Shown: piece after piece, positions 1-10,593 of the stretch
Numbering within the stretch: position 1 is the stretch's first letter
Layout of the letters: every line of letters starts with the position of its first letter
Source: a virus
Length of the DNA stretch: 64,000 bases
Direction: 5' to 3' (one strand)
IMG/VR virus record: IMGVR_UViG_3300011271_000003
Location: 1 to 64,000 of that record
Made by a program: the position numbers and the translations under genes
Notes under the pieces: model-generated
What the model was told of the DNA's origin: nothing
What the model saw: only the letters and a program-made list of their open reading frames with translations
The model's database searches: none

Positions 1-329
1 AGAACACGGGTGCGAACGCTGGTCGCGGTGCCCAGTTCGTCTCGATGGGCGAACGCACCGTGGCGATGACTGCCAGTCGTGACTTCATCGACAAGACCGA
101 CTACGGTCTCTTCCAGGCAGGTATAGCAGAGAGCATTACGATCCTGTGTTCGCACGGTGCTAACAACTCTATCCAGTTCCTAATCGGGAACACGTTCAAG
201 AGCTCAATGCAGATTCCGTTGGCGGCGCAGGGTGACATCATTCGCTCATCACTCACGTACGACTCGACGATCGATGGGTCAGGTAATGCGACGGTGATCA
301 CCGTCGCATCGCAGGAGACGATCACGTAA
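1..329 (+). CDS. Major tail (tube) protein, C-terminal part
   Basis: ORF 45..329 with host-like codon usage directly upstream of the tail chaperone and tape measure; probably starts before the window. Confidence 0.6.
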   Translation, partial: NTGANAGRGAQFVSMGERTVAMTASRDFIDKTDYGLFQAGIAESITILCSHGANNSIQFLIGNTFKSSMQIPLAAQGDIIRSSLTYDSTIDGSGNATVITVASQETIT

Positions 330-403
330 TGAACCAGGAGCGCCGAGAAAGAGCGGCGCTCAGACGACAAAAACGTCAGAGGGCAAAGGGAAAGAGGCGG
401 ACT

Positions 404-901
404 ATGCCCAGGGCGACTGTGTCCATGAAACCTACCAAGTTCGATTTGGAGACCTGTCCTGAGGGGTGGGTTGAGCTTCGACGTATGTCGTACGGAGAGC
501 TTCTTGCCAGTCAGGACATGGCGTACCAGATTAACGTGCAGATGCAGAGTCAGAACGGTTCAGCAGAGCCTGAGATGGGCGCCAAGATGTCTCAGGCTTC
601 GGTCCTGGAGTACCAGTTCAAGCTGTGTATCGTGAACCACAACCTGGAGAACGAGGCAGGTCAGCCGCTTGACTTCAGACAGGCATCGGCAGTCCATCTG
701 CTGGACCCACTTATAGGTCAGGAGATCAACAGCCTAGTCGAGAAGTTGCATAGGTGGGACAAGACTTACCCAAACTCGGAAACGCTATCCGGCAGCGCAT
801 CGTCAACAAACGGCGCAGCCGAGATGGCGTCGACTCCGAAGCAGGTTCTGGTCCTTCCGCCCGAAGAGCGCGTGCCACCAGCGACATCGCCGACGAGCTG
901 A
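404..901 (+). CDS. Tail assembly chaperone (gpG-like)
   Basis: ATG at 404 after GAGG; position between tail tube and tape measure; contains a slippery heptamer. Confidence 0.75.
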   Translation: MPRATVSMKPTKFDLETCPEGWVELRRMSYGELLASQDMAYQINVQMQSQNGSAEPEMGAKMSQASVLEYQFKLCIVNHNLENEAGQPLDFRQASAVHLLDPLIGQEINSLVEKLHRWDKTYPNSETLSGSASSTNGAAEMASTPKQVLVLPPEERVPPATSPTS

Positions 902-1068
902 TCAGCATAACGAACATGTGCTCTCACATGCAGTGTCTGCCGGAAAAGGGCGGACTTCTGGATCAGGACTGCTTTGTAGTGGCAGGTATGCATATGGTCG
1001 TGGAAGCTCAGGAGATTCGGCGAGAGGTAGAACAGGCAGAGCGAGACCGCCAGGCTAGCAGACGATAG
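769..1068 (+). CDS. Frameshifted extension of tail assembly chaperone (gpGT-like, -1 frame)
   Basis: C CCA AAC (X XXY YYZ) at 769-775 links the chaperone frame to the -1 frame PKLGNAIRQR...LPEKGGLLDQD. Confidence 0.75.
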   Translation, partial: PKLGNAIRQRIVNKRRSRDGVDSEAGSGPSARRARATSDIADELISITNMCSHMQCLPEKGGLLDQDCFVVAGMHMVVEAQEIRREVEQAERDRQASRR

Positions 1069-1077
1069 AGGTGCCGC

Positions 1078-1539
1078 TTGGCCGATTTCGCGGTCAACGT
1101 ATTCCTCGATTCTGTGCGGTTCGAAGCTGCGATCGACCGACTCTCCGAGGGAGTAAGTGCAGGTGCGCGGAACGGTAACAGGGCAGCTGCCGAGTACATC
1201 AAGGACGAAGTTCAGCGAGTACTAGCGTTGTTCCCTCACCCTCGTACTGAGCCTAGTATGACGTTGCCCTACAAGGGGCCTCCTGGGTTCATTACTGGCC
1301 ACCTGCACGATGAGGTACATGTAACGCACCCGCTCACGGGAACGTCGAAGGTTACTGCTAGTGCCGTCTACGCGCGCATTCAGGAGTTCGGCGGCTGGGC
1401 TGGTACGGACCATATGACGCGTATTCCTCCGCGACCCTATTTCAGACCTGTTGTTACTAGCCTTAGCACAGTGGGAGAGCTTGAGCACATCTACGCAGAA
1501 GAGTGGCGTGTCGCAATGATGACGGCAGTTCTGTTCTGA
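1078..1539 (+). CDS. Virion morphogenesis / HK97 gp10-like tail completion protein
   Basis: Motifs YARIQEFGG and RIPPRPYFRP typical of this family. Confidence 0.6.
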   Translation: MADFAVNVFLDSVRFEAAIDRLSEGVSAGARNGNRAAAEYIKDEVQRVLALFPHPRTEPSMTLPYKGPPGFITGHLHDEVHVTHPLTGTSKVTASAVYARIQEFGGWAGTDHMTRIPPRPYFRPVVTSLSTVGELEHIYAEEWRVAMMTAVLF

Positions 1540-1551
1540 GAGGAGGCAACT

Positions 1552-4500
1552 ATGACTGATCTGCCTGATATTAGCGTTGAGCTGGAAGCCAAAATTAGCA
1601 AGTTCCTGCTCAACATGGCAATTGTCAAGCGCGCCATTAGAGATGTGTACAGCACTGCGCAGCGTGAGGCCCTAACGGCTTCGGCTAAGAGTCTTCAGGG
1701 TAGTACTTTTAAGAAGCTGTCCGACCAGGCAGTCAAAGATATGCTCAAGCAGGTAGAGAAAGACTCTGCAGCTGCAGGCCAAGCGTCTGGACGAAACTGG
1801 ATTAATGCGTTCAAGAAGGAGCTTAAGGGAGAGAAGGTAGGGAAGAACGTACCTAACTGGCTGCCCTGGATCGGCGCAGCGATGCCGGTGGCGCCTGCGG
1901 CTATGACGGGCGCAGTGGGCATCCTTGGTGCTCTTGGCGTTGCAGGTCTTGGAGCTGCAGCAGGTCTTGGCGCTTTTGCACTTGCTGCCAAAGAGGTTCT
2001 GAGTCCAGTTCAAACCGCGTTTACGGCTCTTGATAATGTCTCCAAGTCGATTCCAGCGAACGCTACTGCTCTCCAAATTTGGTTGGCCGCAGGCTCTACG
2101 ACTAGAACTACGGCCACAGGTAAAGTCAGAGTCTCCACTAACACGCTAGGGCCGGGCCTAGGTTTTCTAGCGAACCCGCATATCAACTACGGCATGTTGA
2201 CTCCTGCTCAGCAGAAGGCTCTGGTACTTCAGTACCAGAGCATGACTGGCCTGCCAACGTCTGAAAAAGCACAAATCACGGCTCTGATGGCCCAGCGGCG
2301 AGCTTACCTGCCGCTCAGTGGACCTCAGCGGGGCGCTCTGTCTCAGACGCAGCTGTTTGACAGTAGACTAGTAAGCGCTCAGCAGGCAGCGGCCCCTGCT
2401 ATACTTGGCCTTTACGGTGCGGCTCTTAGTGCGCTTGGCCCCGCATTGAAGTATATCACGCCCCTAGCGAACATAGCCGCAGGCGCGCTTATGCCTCTAG
2501 TTAAGGAGATAGGATCTGGCATAAAGTCGCAAGGCTTCGCCCAGTTCATGCTCATTGTCGAGCGGATGGCGAAGCTCGGCATTAGCTCTTTTGGTCAGTC
2601 TATTATTAACTTCGCCATTGGTATAGGTCACATCTTTGCGGCGCTTGCCAACTCTGGTGTTGTTCGGGTCGTGACTACAGACTTGCTTAAGATGTCGGCA
2701 GCATTTAGAAAGGATACGCTTCCGTCAAATAAGGGCTTCATGACGTTCATAGCGGATATGAAGCAGAACGCTCCTACCGTTGCTGCTATTCTTCGGAACC
2801 TAGTTGCGATTCTTGGAAACCTGTTTAAGGCACTCGGTGGTGGGATTGGTGCAGCGGAGCTGAAGGGACTGAATGATGTACTTGGCTTTATCAACATGTT
2901 GTCGAGAATTCCCAGCATTGGCCCGTTGATCTACAACCTGATTGCCCTTTCACTAATCTTTTCAAAGCTCGGCACGCTTCGACTCATAACTGCGTCACTA
3001 GAGTTCCTGGGTAAGGGGCTCGCCACGATGGCGCTTCTGAAGCTTGGTCCTCTAATCGGGGGCATGCTTGGCCTAGACGTTGCAGGTCTGAAGCTCGGCG
3101 AGATGTGGAAGACTATTGGCAAAGCCATGCTCACGTTCTCGGTCAACCTGATAAAGTCGTTTGCTCAGATGGTCGCCTCAGGGGCAGTGTGGGTCGCTAA
3201 GTCAATTGCTCAGGGAGCAGTGTGGGTCGCAGGAATGATTGCTAGAGCTGCGGTCGTTGTAGCTACTAACGTAGCTGCTGCTCTAGCTACGGCCGCAGCC
3301 TGGGTGGCTGCTAATGCAGCCATGATTATTGCAAGCGGAGGAATTATTCTTCTGCTTGCGGCTATTGTTATTGGCGTGTACGAACTGTATAAGCATTGGG
3401 GCGCCGTTTGGGGATTCATCAAGAAGATTGCAAAGGAAGCGTGGGACTTCATCTGGAACGGGTTCGGTAAGTTCCTGCTGCCTTTGCTAGGGCCAGTAGG
3501 CCTCCTAGCTCTGGGTATCATAGAGGTTTGGAAAAACTGGAAAACTATTTGGGGCTTCATTACTAGCCTAGTCCATGCTGCTTGGGACGGAAAGTTCGGC
3601 GTCAGAACTATAACGCTTGAAGCACTCAAGAACATCCTGGATGTCTTCTTTGCTTGGGGTAAGGGATTCCTCAGGATAGCAGCCGACGCGTTTGGGTGGG
3701 TGCCTGGCGTCGGCCCCAAGCTTAGAGCGGCGCAGAAAGATCTTAGTGCCTTTGAGACTAGCACTAATAGGACGCTTGACGGTCTCATTAAGAACCGTAC
3801 TGCGAACGTTAACTTCAAGTTTGGAAATGTTCCACCCAATCTAGCTATTCCGTCAAGCTATGCTGGCGGCACCGGTGGTGCAAGGGCCGGTTGGGCTTGG
3901 GTCGGAGAGAGAGGACCTGAACTCGTTAACATGCGTGGCGGTGAGACGGTAATTCCGTCTCACGTCTCAATGGGCTACGCTGATGGCACGACAGGCTGGC
4001 CTCCAGTCACGGGGTACATTCCCTCCGGTCCGCAGTGGCACGGGCTCATGACGGGTATCAGTGCAGGCATCAGTTTGGTCGACAGGCGCTTGGCTGTAGC
4101 TCTCAACAAGGAGCATGCTAGGGCGATGGCGGCCGCAGGTCCAGGCGGTGGTGCGCCGGCTGCGAATGCTGCACTGGCTCGGCGACTGTACCCGATGTAC
4201 GCTAGCGGGCCAGTATGGGACGCCTGGAACTACGTCGAGATGCGAGAAGCAGGCTGGAACCAGTTTGCCACCAACCCTAGCTCTGGTGCGTACGGAATTC
4301 CGCAGGCTCTCCCGCCGACGAAGATGCCGTTCGCCGCCCAGCGTGCCGGCGGATCAAACCCGACAGCGCAGATCCGGTGGATGTGGAACTATATGGCCGG
4401 GCGTTATGGTGGTCCAATCGGTGCCGCAGCTCATGAGCGGGCATTCAACTGGTATGGCGACGGCGGTTTCATGCCTCCCGGTAGCTACGGCATCGTGGGC

Positions 4501-4692
4501 GAACGAGGCGCCGAGCTTGTTCAGGCTGGTAGGCACGGGGCGACAATAACGCCAGGACCTATAACGCCAGGGCCCATAGTCCATCACCAGGAGGGCAAGC
4601 TCGTCCACGTCACGGTATACACGAACGAGATTAGGCCTCAGTACCACGCCGCGATGTTGGGATGGGAGCTCGCCCGAAGGAGCGCTTTCTAA
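1552..4692 (+). CDS. Tape measure protein with C-terminal lytic transglycosylase domain
   Basis: 1046 aa, Ala/Gly-rich helical with W-periodic repeats; two GERGxELV motifs flank REAGWNQFATNPSSGAYGIPQALP (SLT-like). Confidence 0.9.
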   Translation: MTDLPDISVELEAKISKFLLNMAIVKRAIRDVYSTAQREALTASAKSLQGSTFKKLSDQAVKDMLKQVEKDSAAAGQASGRNWINAFKKELKGEKVGKNVPNWLPWIGAAMPVAPAAMTGAVGILGALGVAGLGAAAGLGAFALAAKEVLSPVQTAFTALDNVSKSIPANATALQIWLAAGSTTRTTATGKVRVSTNTLGPGLGFLANPHINYGMLTPAQQKALVLQYQSMTGLPTSEKAQITALMAQRRAYLPLSGPQRGALSQTQLFDSRLVSAQQAAAPAILGLYGAALSALGPALKYITPLANIAAGALMPLVKEIGSGIKSQGFAQFMLIVERMAKLGISSFGQSIINFAIGIGHIFAALANSGVVRVVTTDLLKMSAAFRKDTLPSNKGFMTFIADMKQNAPTVAAILRNLVAILGNLFKALGGGIGAAELKGLNDVLGFINMLSRIPSIGPLIYNLIALSLIFSKLGTLRLITASLEFLGKGLATMALLKLGPLIGGMLGLDVAGLKLGEMWKTIGKAMLTFSVNLIKSFAQMVASGAVWVAKSIAQGAVWVAGMIARAAVVVATNVAAALATAAAWVAANAAMIIASGGIILLLAAIVIGVYELYKHWGAVWGFIKKIAKEAWDFIWNGFGKFLLPLLGPVGLLALGIIEVWKNWKTIWGFITSLVHAAWDGKFGVRTITLEALKNILDVFFAWGKGFLRIAADAFGWVPGVGPKLRAAQKDLSAFETSTNRTLDGLIKNRTANVNFKFGNVPPNLAIPSSYAGGTGGARAGWAWVGERGPELVNMRGGETVIPSHVSMGYADGTTGWPPVTGYIPSGPQWHGLMTGISAGISLVDRRLAVALNKEHARAMAAAGPGGGAPAANAALARRLYPMYASGPVWDAWNYVEMREAGWNQFATNPSSGAYGIPQALPPTKMPFAAQRAGGSNPTAQIRWMWNYMAGRYGGPIGAAAHERAFNWYGDGGFMPPGSYGIVGERGAELVQAGRHGATITPGPITPGPIVHHQEGKLVHVTVYTNEIRPQYHAAMLGWELARRSAF

Positions 4693-6014
4693 TGCCTCCA
4701 GCACTCACTGACTACACCTGGGCGTTCGGCGAGAGCGGGTACGTTCTAAACGTTGACAACTTCAGTACGTTGCCGTTCTTTGATGTAACTAGCATTACGG
4801 GTCTCGACAGCGCGCCGCCAAGAACTAATACGAGTGAGCACCAGGGCACTGATGGAACGTATGTCGACTCTCAGTACATGTCGATGCGGACTATCATAAT
4901 TACAGGTAACCTGTATACGGCAGCAAGTGATCCTGATACTGTATGCAGCCTGCTTAAGCAGCAGTATGGCGTGGGGCAGGGTATTCAGCCCTTCTACTTC
5001 AAGCACCCCAACCAGCCACTCAAGTTCATCAACGCTCAGGCGACTGGTGCTACTTACTCGGTTGATGTCAACAGGCGCATAGGTATAACTCCTATGATGC
5101 TAACGCTGCTGGCTTCCGACCCCTATATCTATGACTACCCGGCAGAATCGGTTATTGTCCCGATTGGAACCTTGGGTGGCTTTTCTGTACTTAACCTCAA
5201 CTCGGACTTTGAGTCAAATGTCACCAACTGGACGGCAGCTAACGGTGCAACTATAGCTCAGTCAGCAGCTCAAGCATACTCAGGCCTTAACTCAATGCTG
5301 ATGACACCTAACGGTGTAACAGCGGTGCCTAAGTCGTCTGCAGAGCTTGATGCAATAGTTCCTGGGAACACGTATGTAGCACTTGCCAAGGTGTTCTGCT
5401 CTGCTGCGTATGCGACGGGCGTCCAGGTTGTCATCAACTGGTACACCTCTGGTAGTGTTTATATCTCGACGACATCTGGACCCCCTGTTGCGCTGTCTGC
5501 GACCACGTGGACGCCGCTGCAGATTGCAGGCACTGCTCCCGCAACAGCGGCGTTTGGTCAGATTGTCGTTCAGGCGATTGGAACGCCCTCTGCCGCCACT
5601 TTGTTCTACTGGGACCTGTGCCAGCTTGGCTTGTATTCTGGTATGGGCTTCAATATGGGCTTCAATATGGGGTTCGGTACGATGGTCGTCACTGCTACAG
5701 GCTTCGTGTACAACAACGGAACTCATACGGCCTATCCGATCATTAAGCTTAACGGTCCGTTGAATAACCCCGTCGTGGCTGATACAGTACTTGGTATCAG
5801 CATGCCATTCTCGATCAACCTGGCGTCTACGGACCAGCTAGTGATAGACTGTAACGCTCGAAGTGTCGTCCTGAACAAAACGTCGAGCGCAAGAACTGCG
5901 CTTCAGGGCCGCAAGTGGTTCTCGATTCCTTCACAGACTGGAGACTCATTCTTTCTGTCTGCAGGAGGGGGTACGGGAAATATGGAAGTTGACTTGTACA
6001 ATACCTACTACTGA
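4692..6014 (+). CDS. Distal tail protein with inserted carbohydrate-binding module
   Basis: Follows the TMP; Dit-like N- and C-terminal parts; central NSDFESNVTNW...WDLCQL CBM4/9-like insert. Confidence 0.7.
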   Translation: MPPALTDYTWAFGESGYVLNVDNFSTLPFFDVTSITGLDSAPPRTNTSEHQGTDGTYVDSQYMSMRTIIITGNLYTAASDPDTVCSLLKQQYGVGQGIQPFYFKHPNQPLKFINAQATGATYSVDVNRRIGITPMMLTLLASDPYIYDYPAESVIVPIGTLGGFSVLNLNSDFESNVTNWTAANGATIAQSAAQAYSGLNSMLMTPNGVTAVPKSSAELDAIVPGNTYVALAKVFCSAAYATGVQVVINWYTSGSVYISTTSGPPVALSATTWTPLQIAGTAPATAAFGQIVVQAIGTPSAATLFYWDLCQLGLYSGMGFNMGFNMGFGTMVVTATGFVYNNGTHTAYPIIKLNGPLNNPVVADTVLGISMPFSINLASTDQLVIDCNARSVVLNKTSSARTALQGRKWFSIPSQTGDSFFLSAGGGTGNMEVDLYNTYY

Positions 6015-6025
6015 AGGACCTTGGT

Positions 6026-7036
6026 ATGGCGCCTGTACAACCTTCGTACTGTTTGCAGAACAGGCAGGACCACCCAGCGCAAGCGTTTCGGATGGCTCTT
6101 GCTGGTGCGTCAGGAGGACCTTTTGCGGTTGGCCTTACTGCTGCCGGTGGAGGTGTACACCCTGCCTTTGGCAACCGCCTTGCTGTGACCGGCACAGCCG
6201 GAATGACTGTCAACGTAGACACAGGCCTTGTCTACATGAGCGGCAGTACTGCTTGGCAGGGTATGTACGCAGGCATCAACACTGCATCGTACAGCGTCAA
6301 CGTTCCAGCAGCTAACGCGTCACAGTGGCGTAGTGACTACATTGCCGCTGTACAGACGGATACAGCGTACGCTGTTGGCGCCGACACGTGGGATATCGTA
6401 GACGTACCAGGTGCGTTCTCCGGCAGCTCTCCTGGATCTTTGCCGTCACTGCCAAACAGCGCAGTCATTCTGGCAATCATTCGTGTCGTTCCAAACATGA
6501 CTGCTACGAACGGTGGCGGCACTGTTGTCGACTCTAGGCAGTACGTGTCGTTGCCGGGACCGCTCTGGACGGTAAGCGCTAGTAAGCCGTCGCTTACGTG
6601 CCCAGAAGGTACGATGTGGTGGGAGACCGATACTCACCAGCTGGGCATTATCGTTAGTGGCGCGTACAAGTACCTTTATTCAGCGCCAGATCCTTGGCAC
6701 ACTATGACGCTCATGAACTCGTGGACGAACACCGGCGCACCCTATGTACTTGCGCAGTATCGTAAGGTTTCGGGAAACCCGGATCTAGTAGAGGTCGTAG
6801 GCAGCCTGCAACACGCCAGCATCTCTGGCGCCTCTCAGTTCTGGACTCCGCCTACAGGGTACATCCCTGTCAGCAACCAACCTCTAATCTTGAATGACAT
6901 CAACTCAACCACAGTGTATGGGGCAAACCCGCCTAGAGTCCTTATCGTCCCTGCCACTCCTAGCATAGAATTCCGCAACCTACCAGCAGGCACTACCGTG
7001 GCTGACTTCTCAGGCTTTTACAGCCTAACAGCATAG
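6026..7036 (+). CDS. Minor tail / baseplate protein
   Basis: 336-aa ORF in tail module; GMTVNVDTG and RSDYI motifs typical of actinophage minor tail proteins. Confidence 0.65.
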   Translation: MAPVQPSYCLQNRQDHPAQAFRMALAGASGGPFAVGLTAAGGGVHPAFGNRLAVTGTAGMTVNVDTGLVYMSGSTAWQGMYAGINTASYSVNVPAANASQWRSDYIAAVQTDTAYAVGADTWDIVDVPGAFSGSSPGSLPSLPNSAVILAIIRVVPNMTATNGGGTVVDSRQYVSLPGPLWTVSASKPSLTCPEGTMWWETDTHQLGIIVSGAYKYLYSAPDPWHTMTLMNSWTNTGAPYVLAQYRKVSGNPDLVEVVGSLQHASISGASQFWTPPTGYIPVSNQPLILNDINSTTVYGANPPRVLIVPATPSIEFRNLPAGTTVADFSGFYSLTA

Positions 7037-7044
7037 GACGACAA

Positions 7045-8160
7045 GTGTCTCCACCTGTATACACCTACCTGACGACGGACCTAGCGACCGGCGCTATACT
7101 GGGTGAGATTCCGCTCGGCGGCGTGACACTTGATGATCAGATGAATACTGTTGGTAACATGAATGCTGGAGGTAACCTTGACGACAAGCGTATAGACAAC
7201 GACACCTACATTCAGAGGACGATTCCCGGCAAAACTGGTTTGTTCGCGTACCGGAACGACCAGATAGTATGGGGGGGCATCATTTGGACGAGAGAGTACC
7301 AATCAAACGGAAAAGCCTTGACTATAACGGGGCAAACATTTGAGTCCTACGCGGCACGTAGGTTTCCTCGCAGTTGGCTCGGTACTAGTAAGTTCGTGTA
7401 CAACCAAGGTCAGATTTCGATCATTGATAATCTGTGGGCTAAGATGCAGGCGGTTCCCAACGGGAACATTAACGTCCAGCCTTGCGGTGTGTACCCACCA
7501 AATGACGTCGTTAGACAACTCACGGTTAACGGCTTTGACCTGACAACTTCTTTCAACGACCTAATTCAGTCTATCTTGCTACTCTCAGGTGCTCCTGATT
7601 ATAACGTTACTTGGTACGAAGATCAGAATGGTCTACCTAAGCTGCAGTTGCAGATAGCCGTTCCTATCGGGCATCCAGTTGCAGCTACGCAGCTGGTTGT
7701 TGACTATCCAGGACCGATTTCAGACTACGTCTTCAACGAGAATGCATCGTCGGGGAACAATCAATGGTGGGCTGTAGGTGATGGTACCGATGCTGCTGCT
7801 AACGTAGGTGTTGTAACTGATTCGGCCTCCCTAGCAAATGGCTACCCACTTCTAGAAGGGGTAAACAGCTACTCTGGCGTTACGGATCAGAGTACGATCA
7901 CTGCCCATGCTGCCTCCGATCTGAGTTCGTTTCCAGCACCTGTTGTCACTCACAACGTAGACCTCGTTGGCACAGCTTTTCCCATGTTCGGGACGTATGC
8001 TATAGGCGACTACGTCCAGGCATACGTTACAGATGCTAGGTTCCCTGCAGGTGCAAGTTTTAACGTTCGTGTCATTGGGTGGACGATTACTCCTCCTGAC
8101 ACGGGCAGCGGCGTAGAGAATATCGCACTGATTTACGACGAGCCTACAGCCTTGGGGTAA
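7045..8160 (+). CDS. Minor tail protein (Gp37-like hub/Tal)
   Basis: 371 aa; IVWGGIIW and YAIGDYV...RVIGW motifs; position in tail module. Confidence 0.7.
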   Translation: MSPPVYTYLTTDLATGAILGEIPLGGVTLDDQMNTVGNMNAGGNLDDKRIDNDTYIQRTIPGKTGLFAYRNDQIVWGGIIWTREYQSNGKALTITGQTFESYAARRFPRSWLGTSKFVYNQGQISIIDNLWAKMQAVPNGNINVQPCGVYPPNDVVRQLTVNGFDLTTSFNDLIQSILLLSGAPDYNVTWYEDQNGLPKLQLQIAVPIGHPVAATQLVVDYPGPISDYVFNENASSGNNQWWAVGDGTDAAANVGVVTDSASLANGYPLLEGVNSYSGVTDQSTITAHAASDLSSFPAPVVTHNVDLVGTAFPMFGTYAIGDYVQAYVTDARFPAGASFNVRVIGWTITPPDTGSGVENIALIYDEPTALG

Positions 8161-8163
8161 CCG

Positions 8164-8961
8164 ATGCCACGCTATAAGCACGCACAGCCCTTTGATATAG
8201 TTCGTACCGTGCAACAGGTACAGAAGAACTCCAGAGCTACGGCGATCAGTGCTAATGCAAACCTGCCTGTACCAGCCGTAATTGATCCTAGTTACGTTTC
8301 CGGTCAGCCAAACGCCTTCATTAATGGGTCGACGGCACTATCAGGACCGTACAGCGTTATGTCAGAGTACATTCCCGTTGCTAACGACACAGTTATAGCT
8401 CTACCTGTGCCTGGTGCGGGTAACAACACCTATATCATTCTTGGTCACTACGGCCCGCCTTCAATAGGCCAGCCGTTGGCTGACATGACGCAGTACACGG
8501 CCACAACAGCGACTCCTACGCAGGCGAGCGCCATATGGTCCATCCCAGCGGCTGACGCTGTACTCCCTGGCGCTACCTACGAGTTCTGGGCGTCTGGCAG
8601 CGGGACATGGGGATCCACACAGCAAGCGCTCACATTTGGGCTGTACATTCAGGGTACGCAGCACATTGTTACCACGATCCCTGCCACCACATTCGCTATT
8701 AACTCCATATTTCACTGGATGTTCTGGGTCCGATTCTACTGCGTGGTTACTGGTAGCAGTGCCACTTGGTACCCGGAACACCGGCTACTAGCTTCCGGGG
8801 CTAATCAGCAAACTGCCTGGGACATCACCGAGACACTTACCACCTTGTACACACAATCCTCACTAGCCAGCCAGACCGTAGAGCTCCAGGCAAGCTGGGC
8901 TTCTGTTACCGGTGCTCCGACCGTAACTACCGTTGCTAACTGGTTTCGAAGGGCAGCCTGA
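8164..8961 (+). CDS. Minor tail protein / possible receptor-binding protein
   Basis: 265-aa beta-rich ORF, last gene of tail module. Confidence 0.5.
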   Translation: MPRYKHAQPFDIVRTVQQVQKNSRATAISANANLPVPAVIDPSYVSGQPNAFINGSTALSGPYSVMSEYIPVANDTVIALPVPGAGNNTYIILGHYGPPSIGQPLADMTQYTATTATPTQASAIWSIPAADAVLPGATYEFWASGSGTWGSTQQALTFGLYIQGTQHIVTTIPATTFAINSIFHWMFWVRFYCVVTGSSATWYPEHRLLASGANQQTAWDITETLTTLYTQSSLASQTVELQASWASVTGAPTVTTVANWFRRAA

Positions 8962-9036
8962 TGCTTAGGTGAGTGTTGTCATCCGCGTCAGGAGATTAAG
9001 CAGGACACAACCAACGTAGGAAAGAAGGCGGACAGT

Positions 9037-9849
9037 ATGACAGCATATTCCCCGATTGCACATCGGGGTCCGATCCCGGCAAGCATTTTCGACTTTAAGC
9101 CCGAAGCAGTAATCGCGGAGATTCCGAATCGGCAAATGGTCGACTCCGCGTACCCGCTGGTCCCGCAGCACGCCTCGGACATTATTCTGATCTACGCCGG
9201 TGGTGACACACCGCATCCGTGGACGACAGCCGAGATCCTGTCGATGCACGCACGCTACCGGTGGCCATGCTGGGTGCGGTCCAACCCCGAACGGGTCAAC
9301 GCGGGAGTAGATGCGGCACTGTTCGCTGCGTGGCTGCACGGGCATCGCGTCCCGATAGGAACGTGTGTAATCCTCGACCTGGAAACCGCTGTCAACACTG
9401 CTTACGTCAACGTGTTTAACCTAGCATTGCGCGCTGCGGGTTACAAGGTGACCAAGTACGGGTCGCAAGACTTCATCTGGCAGAACCCGAAGACTGACGG
9501 CGGCACGTTTGTGGCGCTTCCCGGCCCGAACGTGCTGTCCACCGAAGGAGACACCGTCGCTAGGCAGTATGCGTTCGACGGCAGCTTCGACCTGTCGGTC
9601 GTAAAACCCCAGAACGTTCTACCGCTCTGGGATACGCAGCCAGCGCCCCTACTACCGAAAGGACCTGCTATGACCCCCATGCCTGGACGTGTGTCCGCGA
9701 AGTATGGACTCGGAGGCGCCTACCCCGACGCGCAGGGATTTCTACACCAGAACTTCATCGGTACCGATGGATCGCTATGGCAGTGGGTGCAGGCGAAGGA
9801 CGGCACCTGGACGCAGCACCACATCGGCGGCGTCATCACCTGGGTATGA
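9037..9849 (+). CDS. Endolysin (GH25/DUF1906-like TIM-barrel muramidase)
   Basis: ILDLET acidic motif, YGS, ARQY...DLS; located after tail genes and before a membrane protein. Confidence 0.65.
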   Translation: MTAYSPIAHRGPIPASIFDFKPEAVIAEIPNRQMVDSAYPLVPQHASDIILIYAGGDTPHPWTTAEILSMHARYRWPCWVRSNPERVNAGVDAALFAAWLHGHRVPIGTCVILDLETAVNTAYVNVFNLALRAAGYKVTKYGSQDFIWQNPKTDGGTFVALPGPNVLSTEGDTVARQYAFDGSFDLSVVKPQNVLPLWDTQPAPLLPKGPAMTPMPGRVSAKYGLGGAYPDAQGFLHQNFIGTDGSLWQWVQAKDGTWTQHHIGGVITWV

Positions 9850-10370
9850 CCGTGAAAACTAAGCCGCAGACGCATGCACCACCGCTTACAGCTGGCGCAG
9901 CAGCTGTCATCATGTTCTTCGTATCACAGCTCCACGCCTACCAGACGCTGCCAGCGAACATACAAGCGGCGGTTACGACAGGAGTAGTGCTACTGGCGAC
10001 ATATGGAGCCGGGTTCCTGACAGGACACTACACCATCAGTAAGCGGGACTCTACAGCCACGCCTCAGACTCTCCAGTACGCACTGAGAAGAGGGACTTTC
10101 GTTCAGCCCGAAGTAGGACTGCCAGAGGGCTTCATCCCGCCTTCAGCTTCCCTGACGCCAGCAGACTACGATGACGGTGGCGGTCGTCGTGGACTAGACT
10201 CGATGTCCGGAGTACCTCCACCCGTGCCTGCTGCAGGACCAATCCATAATGATGCCGAGGAGGAACAGCGCATAGCCAAGCTGGTAGAGACAGACCTTGC
10301 TTCCAAGGCGGCAGCGGCTCCGCCTGAGGCTACGAATCCACAGGGCGGTGGTGTAGGCGCAAATGAGTGA
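9846..10370 (+). CDS. Holin-like membrane protein
   Basis: Two N-terminal hydrophobic segments; ATGA overlap with the endolysin stop. Confidence 0.55.
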   Translation: MTVKTKPQTHAPPLTAGAAAVIMFFVSQLHAYQTLPANIQAAVTTGVVLLATYGAGFLTGHYTISKRDSTATPQTLQYALRRGTFVQPEVGLPEGFIPPSASLTPADYDDGGGRRGLDSMSGVPPPVPAAGPIHNDAEEEQRIAKLVETDLASKAAAAPPEATNPQGGGVGANE

Positions 10371-10533
10371 AGAGCTTGAGGCGGCATACCACAAGCTGTA
10401 CGACGTCTGGTGGAATAAGTGCGCTACGCTAGAAGGGGATGATCCCAGGTACTCGCTGCTGACTAACGAGGACGTCATACTCCTTGACGATGCAGCAGAA
10501 GCAATCGAGACCCTACTAGCGGCACAGGCATAA
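10363..10533 (+). CDS. Small hypothetical protein (56 aa, MSEELEAAYHKLYDVWW...)
   Basis: Hand-translated ORF below the track cutoff; overlaps the holin stop and ends just before the hairpin. Confidence 0.55.
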   Translation: MSEELEAAYHKLYDVWWNKCATLEGDDPRYSLLTNEDVILLDDAAEAIETLLAAQA

Positions 10534-10542
10534 CCCTCGATC

Positions 10543-10593
10543 GTCGGCTCTTGCTACTGGTGTTGTCCGCCGCACACTGTAGCGAGAGCCGAC
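10543..10593. terminator. Hairpin between convergent arms; likely bidirectional terminator
   Basis: GTCGGCTCTTGCTAC ... GTAGCGAGAGCCGAC, 15-bp stem with one wobble, exactly at the strand switch. Confidence 0.75.

Noticed and set aside
4546-4580. 15-bp duplication encoding ITPGP x2 in the tape measure
   Set aside because: Small in-frame duplication with no sign of function.
5642-5675. 12-bp tandem repeat encoding MGFNMGFNMGF
   Set aside because: In-frame low-complexity linker resembling aromatic repeats common in distal tail proteins.
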